Origin: Octopus vulgaris
Lineage: Eukaryota
Assembly (NCBI GenBank): GCA_951406725.2
Contig: OX597827.1
Coordinates: forward strand, 2,170,001-2,234,000
Length of the DNA: 64,000 nt
Direction of reading: 5' to 3'
The notes beneath the pieces were generated by a model. The model saw only the letters and a program-made list of their open reading frames with translations. It did not search any database and was not told the DNA's origin. Shown piece after piece: positions 14,011 to 27,070 of the stretch (the stretch's first letter is position 1; every line of letters begins with the position of its first letter). The translations under genes and the position numbers were made by a program.

Positions 14011-14387
14011 TCATCGTTCATTGTTCATCGTTACGTATCGTCTGCTCCTGGCAGGCGCCATTTTCGCCTCGGCCCCTTTCTTCTGGCTCTCCTTTACATA
14101 CATTATATCCGCTCTGTTTCAAGTCTGTCTTGTCATTTCATTCCGTGGTTTACTTAAAACAAATAATACCAGTCAAAGCAGTGGGTTCTGTTTAATCAGC
14201 TGACACCCACCACCTCCACCCCGCCTCCCACCCTTCCTCTCTCTCCTTTCCACACACAAACAATATTGTGGCATTGTGATTAACTTAGAGATGTTTCTTA
14301 TGATTAAAACAGAAATGAAAGATACGCGAAAGCCAATGAGATAAAGGAAGAACGGTGAAGACGGAGAATGTATTTGTATTATATGGA

Positions 14388-14885
14388 TAGAGAGAGAGGG
14401 GAGGGAGAGAGAGGGAGGAGACAGAGAGAGATGGAGAGGGAGAACTAGAGACAGGAGGGAGGGAGATTGAGGAGAAATAGATAGAGAGAAATAGATAAAG
14501 GGAAAGAGAGTGAGAGGAAGAGAAAGAGAGAGAGTGGAGGAGGAGAGATAGGAGACAGAGAGAGAGTGGAGGAAGGGAGATAGGAGACAGAGAGAGAGTG
14601 GAGGAGGGGAGATAGCAGACAGAGAGAGAAGAAGTGAGGGAGAGGGAGAAGGGGAGAGAGGTAGGAAGGAAGAGACAGGGAGGCATGAAGAAGTCAGGAG
14701 CAAAAGAGAGAGCGAGAGATAAGGAGGGAGAGAAAAAGAGAGGAGAGAAGGAGAGAGGAGGGAGCATTAGAATGTGAGAAAGAGCTGCGAAGAGAGAGAG
14801 AGAGAGAGAGCGGAAGAGAGAGAAAGAGAAATGGAGATAGAGGATGAGAGGGAGAGAGAGACGAGGAGAGAGAGTGAGAAAGACA
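14388..14885. repeat. Degenerate polypurine (GA/GGA) tract
   Basis: About 500 bp that is almost all purine on the + strand. Confidence 0.9.
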
Positions 14886-15850
14886 GAAAAGTAGAGCAAC
14901 AGATAAAACAGAAAGTGTATGTATGTATGTATGTATGTATGTATGTATGTACGTATATGCATGAGTTGTGTGTGTGTATGTGTGTGTGGGGGGGGAAATG
15001 ATTTTTTTTCCTGTTGTTTGAAGTCTTGATTCATTAAGGCAAAAAACATAACGACAGATTCTTCATTTAATCAATCATGAATATTTTCTCCTCTTTTCAC
15101 ACATAGCAAAACAAACAAACAAACAAACAAACGAGAGTACAGAACGCACACATACCGAGTACGTATACTCACATATACGTGCGTCGTACATGTCGTATAC
15201 ACATACAAACATACGAACATACATCTATGTATACACTCAGATACTCATATGTCTGTATACATGTAAACACACACATATATATGTATATGTATGTGAATAT
15301 GTATGCATGCATGTATAGATGTATGCAGGTATGTATGTGTGTATGTATGTATGCATCTACCTATGTATGTATGTATGCATGTCTGTATATATGCATGCAT
15401 GTATAGATGTATGCAGGTATGTATGTGTGTATGTATGTATGCATCTACATATGTATGTTTGTATGTCTGTATGTATGTATGCATGTCTGTATATATGTAT
15501 ACGCGTCCACACGGAGTTACGTGCACAGCTAATAGAAACACATAATCACACTAACAAACATGCACACACAAAAGGTTATACACATGCAAACATTGATTTG
15601 TATAAAAAAAAGCTACACACACACAGACACACACGCGCGTACACACGCACACAAGCATGTATACACACATACACACATGCACGAGTGTGTGCAAACGTAT
15701 TCATATAAACGGACAAAAGCGCAAACATATTTAAACCTACAAAATGATTGATATATATACATACATACATACTTACATACATATATAGATATACATAGAT
15801 CGATCGATAGATAGATAGATAGATAGATAGATAGAGATAGATAGATAGAG

Positions 15851-15915
<65 letters not shown>

Positions 15916-16709
15916 CATACATACATACATACTTACATACTACATACATAACACGTGCATACATGTACATACCCATACACACACTCACACACACAGACAC
16001 GCACGAATACGCACACACACACACACACACACACAAGCTTTCCCACGCACACTGACGCTTTACTGCACCAACCAACACCAGGATTAATTATTACCTGAGA
16101 TGCTTTCGTATTATCAGTATGTCTAGTGAGATTAGCCGTTAGTGTTACTAAGAAGTATGTCTGACAGAAGCCACCACAAACAGCAAAGAAATGGCTCGAA
16201 GACAGTCTCCGGTGGAACTCGACTCGAAATTGATGTCGCTCCTCTGACTTTTGTCATCTTAAAAAGTCTTGCGGCCACTCTCCCAATTTCCTGGTCTCCT
16301 GACTATGTTGATATCATGCAGCTGCAACCAAAGTCTCGTGGTCAACGTTCTCGAAGACTTTCGCGAAGTTAAGAACTATAACATCCACGGATTAAGTAAA
16401 CAGCTGTCGTAAGGAGGTTTATGAGTGATCTCTTCTAGTTTTAATTATTTGAAGTCATTTTGTAAGGAAGGAACTGGTCTCTAACAAACATACAAACTTT
16501 GTCAATGGAATGTAGATTAAACACAATGTCACATTTTGAAATTGAGAGAAGTCTTGTATTTTTATTACAGTTTTACTTCCTTTTTCTGATCGTCACTTCG
16601 GCATTTATTCATAAAACCAAGCGCACCAATTATTATTGGTGTAAATATGAATTTATAATGGGTATATATATATATATATATATATAGATAGATATATAGA
16701 TAGATAAAT

Positions 16710-16771
<62 letters not shown>

Positions 16772-16794
16772 CTATCTATCTATCTATCTATCTA

Positions 16795-16827
<33 letters not shown>

Positions 16828-16829
<2 letters not shown>

Positions 16830-17027
16830 CCGACGTTATCCAAGAGAAAGACAAAGACCGCTACAGCCTGGTACCAGTGACGAAGCAACTCATTTCTACA
16901 GATGAGTGAACTGGAGCAACGTGAAATAAAGTATTTTGCTCAAAAACACGATACAACCCGGTCAGGGAAACGAACTCGCAACTTCATGATTGTGAGCCCG
17001 ACGCTCTAAATACTGAGCCATACGCTT
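16828..17027 (-). mobile_element. SINE family C with partial tail type 2
   Basis: gagtgaactggagcaacgtgaaataaagt...gagcccgacgctctaaatactgagccatacgc. Confidence 0.7.
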
Positions 17028-17042
17028 AAAAATATTTTAAAA

Positions 17043-17524
<482 letters not shown>

Positions 17525-18750
17525 ATATAATAATAATAGGATATTTTAAATATTGATTTGGTATGATGGTCCAGTAGAATAAAATATGAATCAAAGGGAT
17601 CTATAGGCAAAAAATGGTTGTAAAACACTGCCTTTGACCGTAAGACTCATAGATTTACTTTAATACATGATTCCGATCAGCAATCACTGGTTGATGGTTA
17701 TAGTCAAGAACAGCGAAGAATAACTTCCTACGTTCACTTCCAGATTTACTCTATATCAGATGGGATTTGTACTAACCAAAAGAAAAATTAATTATATGGC
17801 ATGTTAGATAATATCTCCACTTGGACGCATATAGATAATATCTCCACTTGGACGCATACATCTAGCATATATACATACACAAACACACATAGCCATGTAC
17901 ACCTCCACCTCTCTCTCTCTCTCTTTCTCCCTGTATGTTGTCCACTCACAAATACATATGCATACATACACACACACACATGCACACACATCATGCCCTG
18001 AGAAACAGTGAAACCATCAAGAGAGTTGCTTGGATCCCAAATCGCCAGTAAAGACCCTTTCATTGACGTTCTTTCCTTTTCTTTTGAAGGTGCAGATACC
18101 GATACATGCATTTTATCCTCGATCAATACAGTAGTATAGTGATGATGATGATGACGACGACGACGACGATGATGATGATGATGACGACGACGACGACGAC
18201 GATGACGATGATGATGATGATGACGACAACAACGACAACGAAGATGATATTTTTGATGATGATGATGAAGATGCTGTTGTTATTTTTTTCCTCAGACATA
18301 GTCTATCCAACACTACTAATGCAACCTTATTTTAAAAGCAGTACACAATATGATTCGAGAGAGATTTGACTGCTATTTCAAACAGATCGAGCAACCTCGT
18401 TGGCTGTGCTATTTACCAGTCAAGGATGGCAGCCCCCAAATGGTGCATCACAAAGTATATCAACTTGTATCACAGATTTTTCAAAAATAGATTGTAAAGA
18501 ATTAGAACATCCATACTTATGGTTGAATATCTTGATAACTGGGATCTTCATAAGTGTCTAGTGTACAAATATGATTAATGATATCTAATTATCGCATAAG
18601 TCCAGCAATTTTGAAATGGGATGGTTAGTCGATACTATCGGCCTCGGTGTTGATTGTTGCTTTATTTTATGAACCTCGGAAGAATGAAAGGCAAAGCCAG
18701 CCCCGACAGGATTTTTACTCAACGTAAAGGGCTAAGAAAAATAAAGAAAT

Positions 18751-18995
18751 AAATGTGCCCTTTTAAAGCCTAGCCAGGCTCAGGGGCCCGGTTTCCCGGT
18801 TCCTATGGCGTATGGTGTTCCCTAGCTGAACGGGACGTCAGTCCATCGCAGCGTTACAAATTTTTTCCAGCTGAGTGGACTGGAGCAACATGAAATGAAC
18901 TATTCTGCTTAAGAACACAACGCGTCGCCCGGTCCAGGAATCGAAACCACAATCTTACGATCATGACACCCTAACCACTAAGCCACGCGCCTCCA
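18751..18995 (-). mobile_element. SINE family C with tail type 3, near full length
   Basis: Minus strand: family-C head, then gctgcgatggactgacgtcccgttcagctagg...gaaaccgggaaaccggg. Confidence 0.8.
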
Positions 18996-19572
18996 CTAAA
19001 GAGCTAAGAGAAATACTGCAAATGTGAAGTTTCCAATGCTTTAACAATCCTACCAGCCAGCCAGCCAGCCAGTCATGACTGACGTACAAGTCAACGTGAT
19101 ATATGGTGTTAACATGTGGTGTAAACCTTTCAGACATCGTCATTATTTTTCCAAATCCTGCTGCATTTCACATGAAAATGTTAGATTTCTAAAGTCATTT
19201 TGGTGTATAAGTCAAATTACATCGTTTTGGCTGCAAATTTTTGTCTCAAAACTTCGACTTATATGCGAAAAAAATAAGACAATAAAAGAATAGTTTTCTG
19301 TAACGTTTTAAATGTTTAACTTCAAAAATTTATCCAAACACTTCATGTCAAGTGCGCCAGAAATTCAGTGTGCCTTGACTTCACGGTGGCGTAGTTCTGG
19401 TAGCCTAATTAAATACCTGTTGATGTATCCCTTAGATCCTCTAGTCTACCCCATCTTCAGTAACTTGTCACACTGAATGGGAACCATTCAAATTGCTGCT
19501 GTTGCAACTTTACTAATTGTGAGATATTTGTCTGAATGATAATTAACAGCGGAGCTTCTTGGTTAATTTGGA

Positions 19573-19622
<50 letters not shown>

Positions 19623-20606
19623 AGGGACTCTGTTTCAACTCCATATCTTTCTTACATAGAATTTGCCCATCGGAGGTTTTGGCACACAACGTTGTGCTTT
19701 ATGTCTTTCTAACTTTTGCTTGCTTCACGGGGTCTCCCTTTTTTGATTGTACTTTATCATATCAGCTGAAGTACACAAGCGATCTTTTAGATCACCACTG
19801 CATCCTGAATAAATTAGAGGACCGAAATTAAATAAATTAAAGTTCATCATTGGAATGCCTTTGATCAGAGACTTGCAAATAGCTTATAAAAAGTTCATAT
19901 AAGTTTCAGGAGTCATCAGGAGAGAATGCGCAGTTTCGCGGCCTTCCTCCCGACAGCTTTACAGCCCACTGCCCCACCCCACCCACTCATGTAAAGCTCA
20001 GCCTACTGGATCGACTGGCTATTATTTAACCATCGACATTCGATGTAGTAGATAAAATGATTACATAGAGATTCCCTTGTTGGTTCTAGTTATCGTGGTG
20101 TCGCGGTTGGAGTTGGTTAGTGAGATAGAAAGATTGGAAAAAAAAAAAAAACACAATAGAAACACTGAATGTTTAAGTTTCCTGTGTTCAAATCCCAGGG
20201 GACTTAAATCTGCCTCTTCATGCCTCTGGTTAGAAACTATGTTTCTGTAGCAAAAGAACTGTAGATCGATAACGATCGTATTGATCAAATATTTTCTTGC
20301 CTTATTAAATTGACCTTTGGGGTGAACATTCTAGGTCAGAGGTCATTCTATGTTAAAGAATTTCATCCTTATAAACTATTGGCTCTTCATTTTGTTTGGT
20401 TTTATTTCTTCAGGTAATGGAATGGCAACAAAACAGATGGATTTCTTGGGTTAAATATACTTTATTTAGAATATCGTTTAATATCGAGCTGTATTCGTTG
20501 TGCTCCATTCTTCTACATTCTGTCTTCGGGTATCTACGAAAAGATTAAGAAGGAACGAGTCCCCACCCATATGATGCCTCTGTGGCAAATAAAAGAAATC
20601 ACCACC

Positions 20607-20656
<50 letters not shown>

Positions 20657-20669
20657 TATTCATATACAC

Positions 20670-20932
20670 ACATCAGATTAGACTGTTGCTAAAGAAAAAA
20701 TTCCTAACATCCCACTACAACCTTAGATGCCAGCAACTCTCCCAAGTATCCCAAGTGTCCCTAATAGCTGCTCTGTTTCCTGGAGCTGTACTGGGATTTA
20801 TGCTTCTTTTATCCATCCATCTGTTCAAATCTTTAGGGACAGTTCGTAATGAACCTATAACTACTGGTTTACATTTTACCCGCACTTTCAATAGTCTTTG
20901 TGATACAATGGCTAGATCCTGGTACTTTGCTA

Positions 20933-20936
<4 letters not shown>
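20670..20936 (-). pseudogene. 3' fragment of a decayed RLE non-LTR retrotransposon
   Basis: IAKYQDLAIVSQRLLKVRVKCKPVVIGSLRTVPKDL matches the RLE C-terminal KY.DL...P++ +G.LG motif; bounded by (TAA)n and (TGA)n. Confidence 0.75.
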
Positions 20937-20984
<48 letters not shown>

Positions 20985-21011
20985 TATTATTATTATTACT
21001 ATTATTATTAC

Positions 21012-21041
<30 letters not shown>

Positions 21042-21045
<4 letters not shown>

Positions 21046-22030
21046 TAGTTTTATTTTTATTTTTATAGCGTGCTTTCACTTCACTACCGAGCGCAGCTCT
21101 GTGTGCCTTGGGTATGTGCTGTGATTTGTTGTGATGCTCTGATGGTTATTGTATGGAAAGTGTTCTGCGTAGGATGTGGGCAGTGCCTAGTAGTGCAATT
21201 TTCTGTATGTTATATGTGTTTGTAAGTCCTGGTGTTTTTGTTATGTATTTGTCTGAATATTTTTTTATCATGCCTAATGCACCTACTATGATAGGAATTG
21301 TTTCTGTTTTCAGATTCCACATTCTAGTTACCTCTATTTCCAGGTCTTTGTATTTTGAGAGTTTCTCCATTTCTTTTAGAGACACGTTGTCATCTGCCGG
21401 TATTGATACATCAATTAAAAAGCATTTTTTTTCTTCATGATCTCTGACAACTATATCTGGTCTGTTGGCCTTAATTTCTCTATCTGTGTGTATCGGCATA
21501 TCCCAGAGTATGGTTGCTTTCTCGTTTTCTGTGACCTTTTCTGGTGTGTGCCTATACCATCTTTTTTCTGTTGTTATTCCATAATGTTGGCATAGCTTCC
21601 AATGTATGTAGGTTCCAACTCTGTCATGTCTGTGAATATATTCCTTCTTAGCCAGGACTGGGCAGCTAGAGATAATATGATTTATTGTTTCTTGTCCATC
21701 TCCACATATTCTGCAGTTACTTGTAATATTTCTTTTCATTACATGTTTTTGGTAATTTCTGGTGGGGAGGCTTTGGTCTTGTGCTGCAATTAAAAATCCC
21801 TCTGTTTCTGCTTTGAGTCCTGAGCTTCTCAACCATTGCTGGGATTTTTCTTTGTCTATTTCTTTTGCGTTTAGTTTAGTGCAGTATTTACCATGAAGGG
21901 GCTTTTCTTGCCATCGTTTTATCATGGTTCGTTGCTGTTCTGTTTTTAGTTTGGATTTCATTTGTTTTATAGCTTTTGTTGTTTCTTCATCTTCTTCTTC
22001 TTCTTCATGTTTATTAGGTGGTATGATTTC

Positions 22031-22031
<1 letters not shown>
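21042..22031 (-). mobile_element. 5'-truncated R4/Dong-like RLE non-LTR retrotransposon within (TAA)n
   Basis: Open frame from the truncation point to the stop at 21146, then a ~100-bp 3' UTR ending ACTGAA(TAA)n; (TAA)n on both sides. Confidence 0.9.
21146..21961 (-). CDS. C-terminal part of a retrotransposon ORF: CCHC zinc knuckle plus PD-(D/E)xK restriction-like endonuclease; no RT domain, so not a complete gene
   Basis: LIAAQDQSL, CRICGDGQETINHIISSC, RHD, RPDIVV, FLIDVSIP, KLSKYKDL, PIIVGALG, ALLGTAHILR. The frame stays open upstream of the ATG (EIIPPNKHEEEEEDEETTKAIKQ) to ~22030. Confidence 0.9.
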   Translation of the reverse strand: MKSKLKTEQQRTMIKRWQEKPLHGKYCTKLNAKEIDKEKSQQWLRSSGLKAETEGFLIAAQDQSLPTRNYQKHVMKRNITSNCRICGDGQETINHIISSCPVLAKKEYIHRHDRVGTYIHWKLCQHYGITTEKRWYRHTPEKVTENEKATILWDMPIHTDREIKANRPDIVVRDHEEKKCFLIDVSIPADDNVSLKEMEKLSKYKDLEIEVTRMWNLKTETIPIIVGALGMIKKYSDKYITKTPGLTNTYNIQKIALLGTAHILRRTLSIQ

Positions 22032-22082
<51 letters not shown>

Positions 22083-22114
22083 CGTTGTTGTTGTTATTAA
22101 TTCTATTATTATTA

Positions 22115-22150
<36 letters not shown>

Positions 22151-22152
<2 letters not shown>

Positions 22153-22696
22153 GAGTGACAAAGCAGCGTATGCCATCAAAACGACATTGGGGTAAAATAT
22201 ACGAAACCCTGTATACCCATCATGACTACTTGTCTGATAAGGGTACACCAAACACAAGCATCACAACCATATGTGCGCGACATGATGATCTCATATCAAG
22301 ATAAACAGTGCATTACCTTGCAGATGGGGCCCAGTTAGAATTTTCTGTTCCGCTCAAAAGGCCCTTGAGTAAGGGTTGGTTAAGAATGTTGAACGGAACA
22401 CCCAAATTTCCAGAGGGGAATTATTCAAACCCCAAAGAATTCCCCTCAACACATGGCTATGATGCTCCCCCCCCCCCACTACTGCTGCTCGTGATCAGAG
22501 ACGCACATATCATCAGCCACAAAGGGACATGCTCAAATGGTGAAGGTCAAACAACTGACAAGCAAATCTGTGGTATTGAGCAGAATATTTGCTGTAGCCC
22601 ATCTTTTATACCAAGACAAAACAATGTACATGACAACACTTCCAATCAGTTAAGATGAGAAGCCATGAGAACCAGTGCCTGGTACTGCATCAAGGC

Positions 22697-22700
<4 letters not shown>
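22151..22700 (-). mobile_element. 550-bp non-coding element flanked by (TAA)n on both sides
   Basis: Sharp boundaries with (ATT)n; second partial copy at 50960-51208; no credible ORF and no tRNA A/B boxes seen. Strand is inferred. Confidence 0.75.
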
Positions 22701-22759
<59 letters not shown>

Positions 22760-22784
22760 CATTATTATTATTATTATTATTTGA

Positions 22785-23005
22785 ACGTGGCGAGATAGCA
22801 GAATCGTTTGTACATCGGTGGAAATGTATAATGGCATATCTTTTGTCTCTTTACGTTTTGCGTTCAAATTCCACCGAAGTCGGCTTTATCTTTCATCATT
22901 TCGGAGTCGATAAGACAAGTGTCAGCTCAACACAGGGATCGTCGTAATTGAATAACCCCCTTCCCGTCAAAATTTCAGGGCGTATCCCTATAGTAGACAA
23001 GGTTA
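22785..23005 (+). mobile_element. SINE family B, degenerate
   Basis: ggcgagatagcagaatcgtt...gttcaaattccaccgaagtcggctttatctttcatc...aaaatttcagggcg. Confidence 0.7.
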
Positions 23006-23049
23006 TTATTGCTACTGATGATGTCATTCCTGTTGTTGTTACTCTAAGG

Positions 23050-23670
23050 ACATGCGCTGGCAGAATTAATAGAACATCAGAGAAATTGCCACGCGGTATT
23101 TGTTCAGGCAGCGAGCTTGGCAGAAACGTTAGCAGTCCGGGCGAAATGCGTAGCCGTATTTCGGCTGCCGTTACGTTCTGAGTTCAAATTCCGCCGAGGT
23201 CGACTTTGCCTTTCATCCTTTCCGGGTCGATTAAATAAAGTACCGGTTTCGCACTGGGGTCAATCTAATCGACCTAATCCATTTGTCTGTCCTTGTTTGT
23301 CCCCCTCTGTGTTTAACCCCTTGTGGGTAGTAAAGAAATAGGTATTTTGCCCGTCGCTACATTCTGAGTTCAAATTCTGCCGAGGTCGACTTTGCCTTTC
23401 ATCCTTTCGGGGTCGATTAAATAAGTACCAGTTACGCACTTAGTCCGTTGTGATCGACTTAGTTCGTTTGTCTGTCCTTGTTTGTCCCTTCTGTGTTTAG
23501 CCCCTTGTGGTTAGTAAAGAAATAGGTATTTGTTCAGGCTTTTTACATTCTTGAGTTCAAATGCTCTTGAGATCCTCTATGCGTTTCATTCATCCAGGGT
23601 CGGTAAAATAAGATGCCAGTCAAGTTCTTGAGTCTATGATAGCGACTAACACCCACACTTTTCAAAATTA
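23050..23670 (+). mobile_element. Old SINE B interrupted by a dimer of a LINE-tailed SINE-B variant (23107-23524)
   Basis: ggtatttgttca(ggc) occurs at 23095 and 23525; two ~185-bp units each end taaagaaata. Confidence 0.85.
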
Positions 23671-24781
23671 TTGTTGTGAGACGTGTTTAGAATTGATCCG
23701 TGATGACACGGATCGGTGATAGGTCAAAGATTCCGCTTGGACTGCCAAAGCGCATCACAATGACCGTTCGCAATGCTCAGTACAACATGGGGGCTATTTC
23801 TTCAATATGTTCTGTGATTCATTCGTCAGTGATTCATTTAACACATTGCTTGTTTTTAACCAAACACCCGTGATAAACGAGGGTGCTCTGTGTACCGTAG
23901 CACGCTGTGATTCCCACTTAGCAGCGAATTACGCTATTGTGGAAAATGAAACTTGGTGATAGAAGTACTATACATCTCTATTATATTTTCTTAGGGCTAT
24001 AAATACTTTCAGATATATTAATAACTAACTTACAGCTGGGGTAACTCAAATTGTCAACAAATATGCACACCAGTCTCTGCACTCGAACTCACATCGACTT
24101 GGTTGCTTGACCAGTACACTCTTCCCGGCCATTAACCCTCTATAGACGGACTGTATAAGCACAAACGCATTAGAAACATTTGGATATAATTTGATCACCA
24201 ATAGCTAATTTTACCTAGCTTTCAAGCAAAATCAACCGGTCTTTCATTTTTCCAATAAGCGACTGTTACTGCCATCGTAAAAGGAAAACTAACTGTTAGT
24301 TTGCTTAGCTTTCACAGAAATTGTAAGCTAGCTATATATATTAAGTTTTATTTGGTCGCTAGCAAAGTAAATGGTGTGTATTGGAGCGTAATGTTTGACA
24401 ATTAATTAACGCTAACACCTATTCGACGTCGCTTTCGCTGTTTTAAATGAAGATAAGATTTCTCGATCGTGTTGATACGTCCGTGTATATATTAGCGGAC
24501 GATAATGAACAACATCAACCAACACCGCCGCCACCACCACAATCGTCACCACAACCGCCACTACCCCAACCGCAACAACCATCGAATACCTAATCACTGG
24601 TAGCACAAACATATGTATAGATACATTAACAGGCAACGCATACGTACAAACAAACACGGATACACACACACACACATCAGGTTATGAATAATGGCACACA
24701 TAACACATTAAGTTGTTGACAGACTGAAATAGGGGAAAAAAGAGAGAAAATTAGAGCATTAGATAGAAATATACCTATATA

Positions 24782-24815
<34 letters not shown>

Positions 24816-24917
24816 AAGTCACACACACATATATGCGTGTATATCTATACATACATACATATATGCATATTCATGTACATATGTGTAAATATATTCATGC
24901 ATATGGATACGCGTTAA

Positions 24918-24968
<51 letters not shown>

Positions 24969-25301
24969 GCATATATATATATATATATATAAATGCACAC
25001 ATACATACATACATACATATATATATATATATATGCATACCCTTATATATTGTATACGTATAACATATTGCATTTGTGTGTATGTATATATATATATGTG
25101 TGTGTGTGTGCATGTTTATATACAGAGAGAGAGAGAGAGAGAGAGAGAGGAGGGAGAGAGAAAGAGAGAAGAAAGGAAGAAAGACAGAAAGAAAGAAAGA
25201 AGGAAGGAACGAAAAAGAAGTGTTAGATGGATGGAAACCGAAAGTGAAAATGAAAGTGAAAGTCAGCGAAATCGATATATAAACACACACACCCACACAC
25301 C

Positions 25302-25337
<36 letters not shown>

Positions 25338-25836
25338 TGCAGACACGCACACACACATTGCAATGGTGGAAAGATGAAACAACAAAATAATAAATAAATA
25401 GAGAAAGAGATAGCGACGAAAGAGATAGAAAAGATTGGCTAAGTAAGGAAATGGATGTTTAGATTACAGCTCGTGGCTTTAAGATGAGAATCATTAACAG
25501 TGAATGGTAGCGCTGTTAAAGTGGCTTTTTCGCTAACCAACATTTACTAAACCAAGTGGAAAGTCTGTCTTGTGTGAATGAGAAAGGGGGAAAAACATAT
25601 GTAATCTTATACACCGTATTATTACTGTTTGCTATTAAGACTTTCGTCGTAGACCTCGCAGCAGATATTTCGCTTTAACTAACAGCCATAGAAAACTGTT
25701 TACGAATAATAGTACTGTATTATGGACGATATGCATATCGGATGTGTTTATGTATGTATTTATATATATATATATATATGTGCGTGTGTGCGTATATGTG
25801 TGCATTTATTTGTCTATATATATATATATATGTGCT

Positions 25837-25878
<42 letters not shown>

Positions 25879-25973
25879 TTGATATTTTCACATATATGCC
25901 TATATATACGCACACACACACATATACATTTATGTATTTACATATGCATTTATATATATGCGTATATTTATAT

Positions 25974-26019
<46 letters not shown>

Positions 26020-26432
26020 ATATACATACACACACCCACACACATATATTTACATAATTTTATATGCATATATGTGTGTGTATGTCTGTACTTGTTTGAA
26101 TCTGCATATATGTATACGCATATATACACACATATGTGTAGATATATACATATAACGTATACTCATATATAAATACCTGTCTTCGTATATGCAATTTTGT
26201 TTGTGTACGCGCATGCTTGCGTGTGAAATAAACCGATATCTCTTGAAGTTTTTTCTATCGACGGGTTATATATCCTCTACGCTATAGAGTCTAGCTTAGA
26301 ATGTGAAGCATTACCTCTTCTACACGCAAATAGTCTCACGTCCAACGTGTGAATGAACGAACCATCTTTGTGATCGATGTTCTTATTAGAAAGGCACATG
26401 GCTCAGTGGTTAGAGCAACGGGCTCACAATCA

Positions 26433-26772
26433 CATCATGGAAATATCAAAGCTACGAGATAATGCATGATTAATTCAAAATAAACTGGCACTCCGTCGGT
26501 TACGACGACGACGAGGGTTCCAGTTGATCCGATCAACGGAAGAGCCTGCTCGTGAAATTAACGTGCAAGTGGCTGAGCACTCCACAGACACGTGTACCCT
26601 TAATGTAGTTCTTAGGGACATTCAGCGTGAGAGAAAGTGGAACAAAGCTGGTCCTTTGAAAAACAGGTACTACTCACTTTTGCTAGCTGGGTGGAATAAT
26701 GTAAATAAATAATAAATAATGTGAATAAATAGATATTACATTTGACGCAGTACTCTGAATGCCAAAGGGTGA
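26433..26772 (-). mobile_element. Partial piggyBac-like MITE interrupted by a SINE-C tail-1 fragment (26485-26695)
   Basis: Flanks match the reverse complement of 45256-45464 (gagataatgcatgattaattcaaaa / catttgac...gaatgccaaaggg). Confidence 0.6.
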
Positions 26773-27070
26773 AGAGTACAAGAGTACAATGGCACAAATA
26801 TCTGTGGAGTATTTTATCTGATTGTGCTGTAATAATTTCTGATTTAGGCATAGGGCCAGCGGTCGTGACGGAGGCTTTTGCTTGATGCCACCGTGCCAGT
26901 ACTTGACTGTTACTTTGTATTTTTCGAGCGAGAAGAGAGGAAAACACAAAATTGATCTCCACAGGATTTCAGATTAGTACATAAAGATCCGATTACTGAC
27001 AATCTACTACGCTTTCACTTACACTATAATGCAATGACTAGGTAATTATTCGAGTTGTGGTTGTCGTTGT

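Noticed and set aside
14056-14064. YY1-like CGCCATTTT (also AAGATGGCG near 54221) and TATAAAAG near 4117
   Set aside because: Short motifs expected by chance in 64 kb, with no associated gene.
17805-17858. 27-bp direct repeat, two copies
   Set aside because: Simple local duplication with no spacer or further copies.
23107-23540. CRISPR-like or satellite periodicity
   Set aside because: Units are ~185-bp SINE copies with no unique spacers, in a eukaryotic context.
23695-23714. Perfect 8-bp hairpin gatccgtg-atga-cacggatc
   Set aside because: Too short for a miRNA precursor, no Helitron CTRR end nearby, and compatible with chance.
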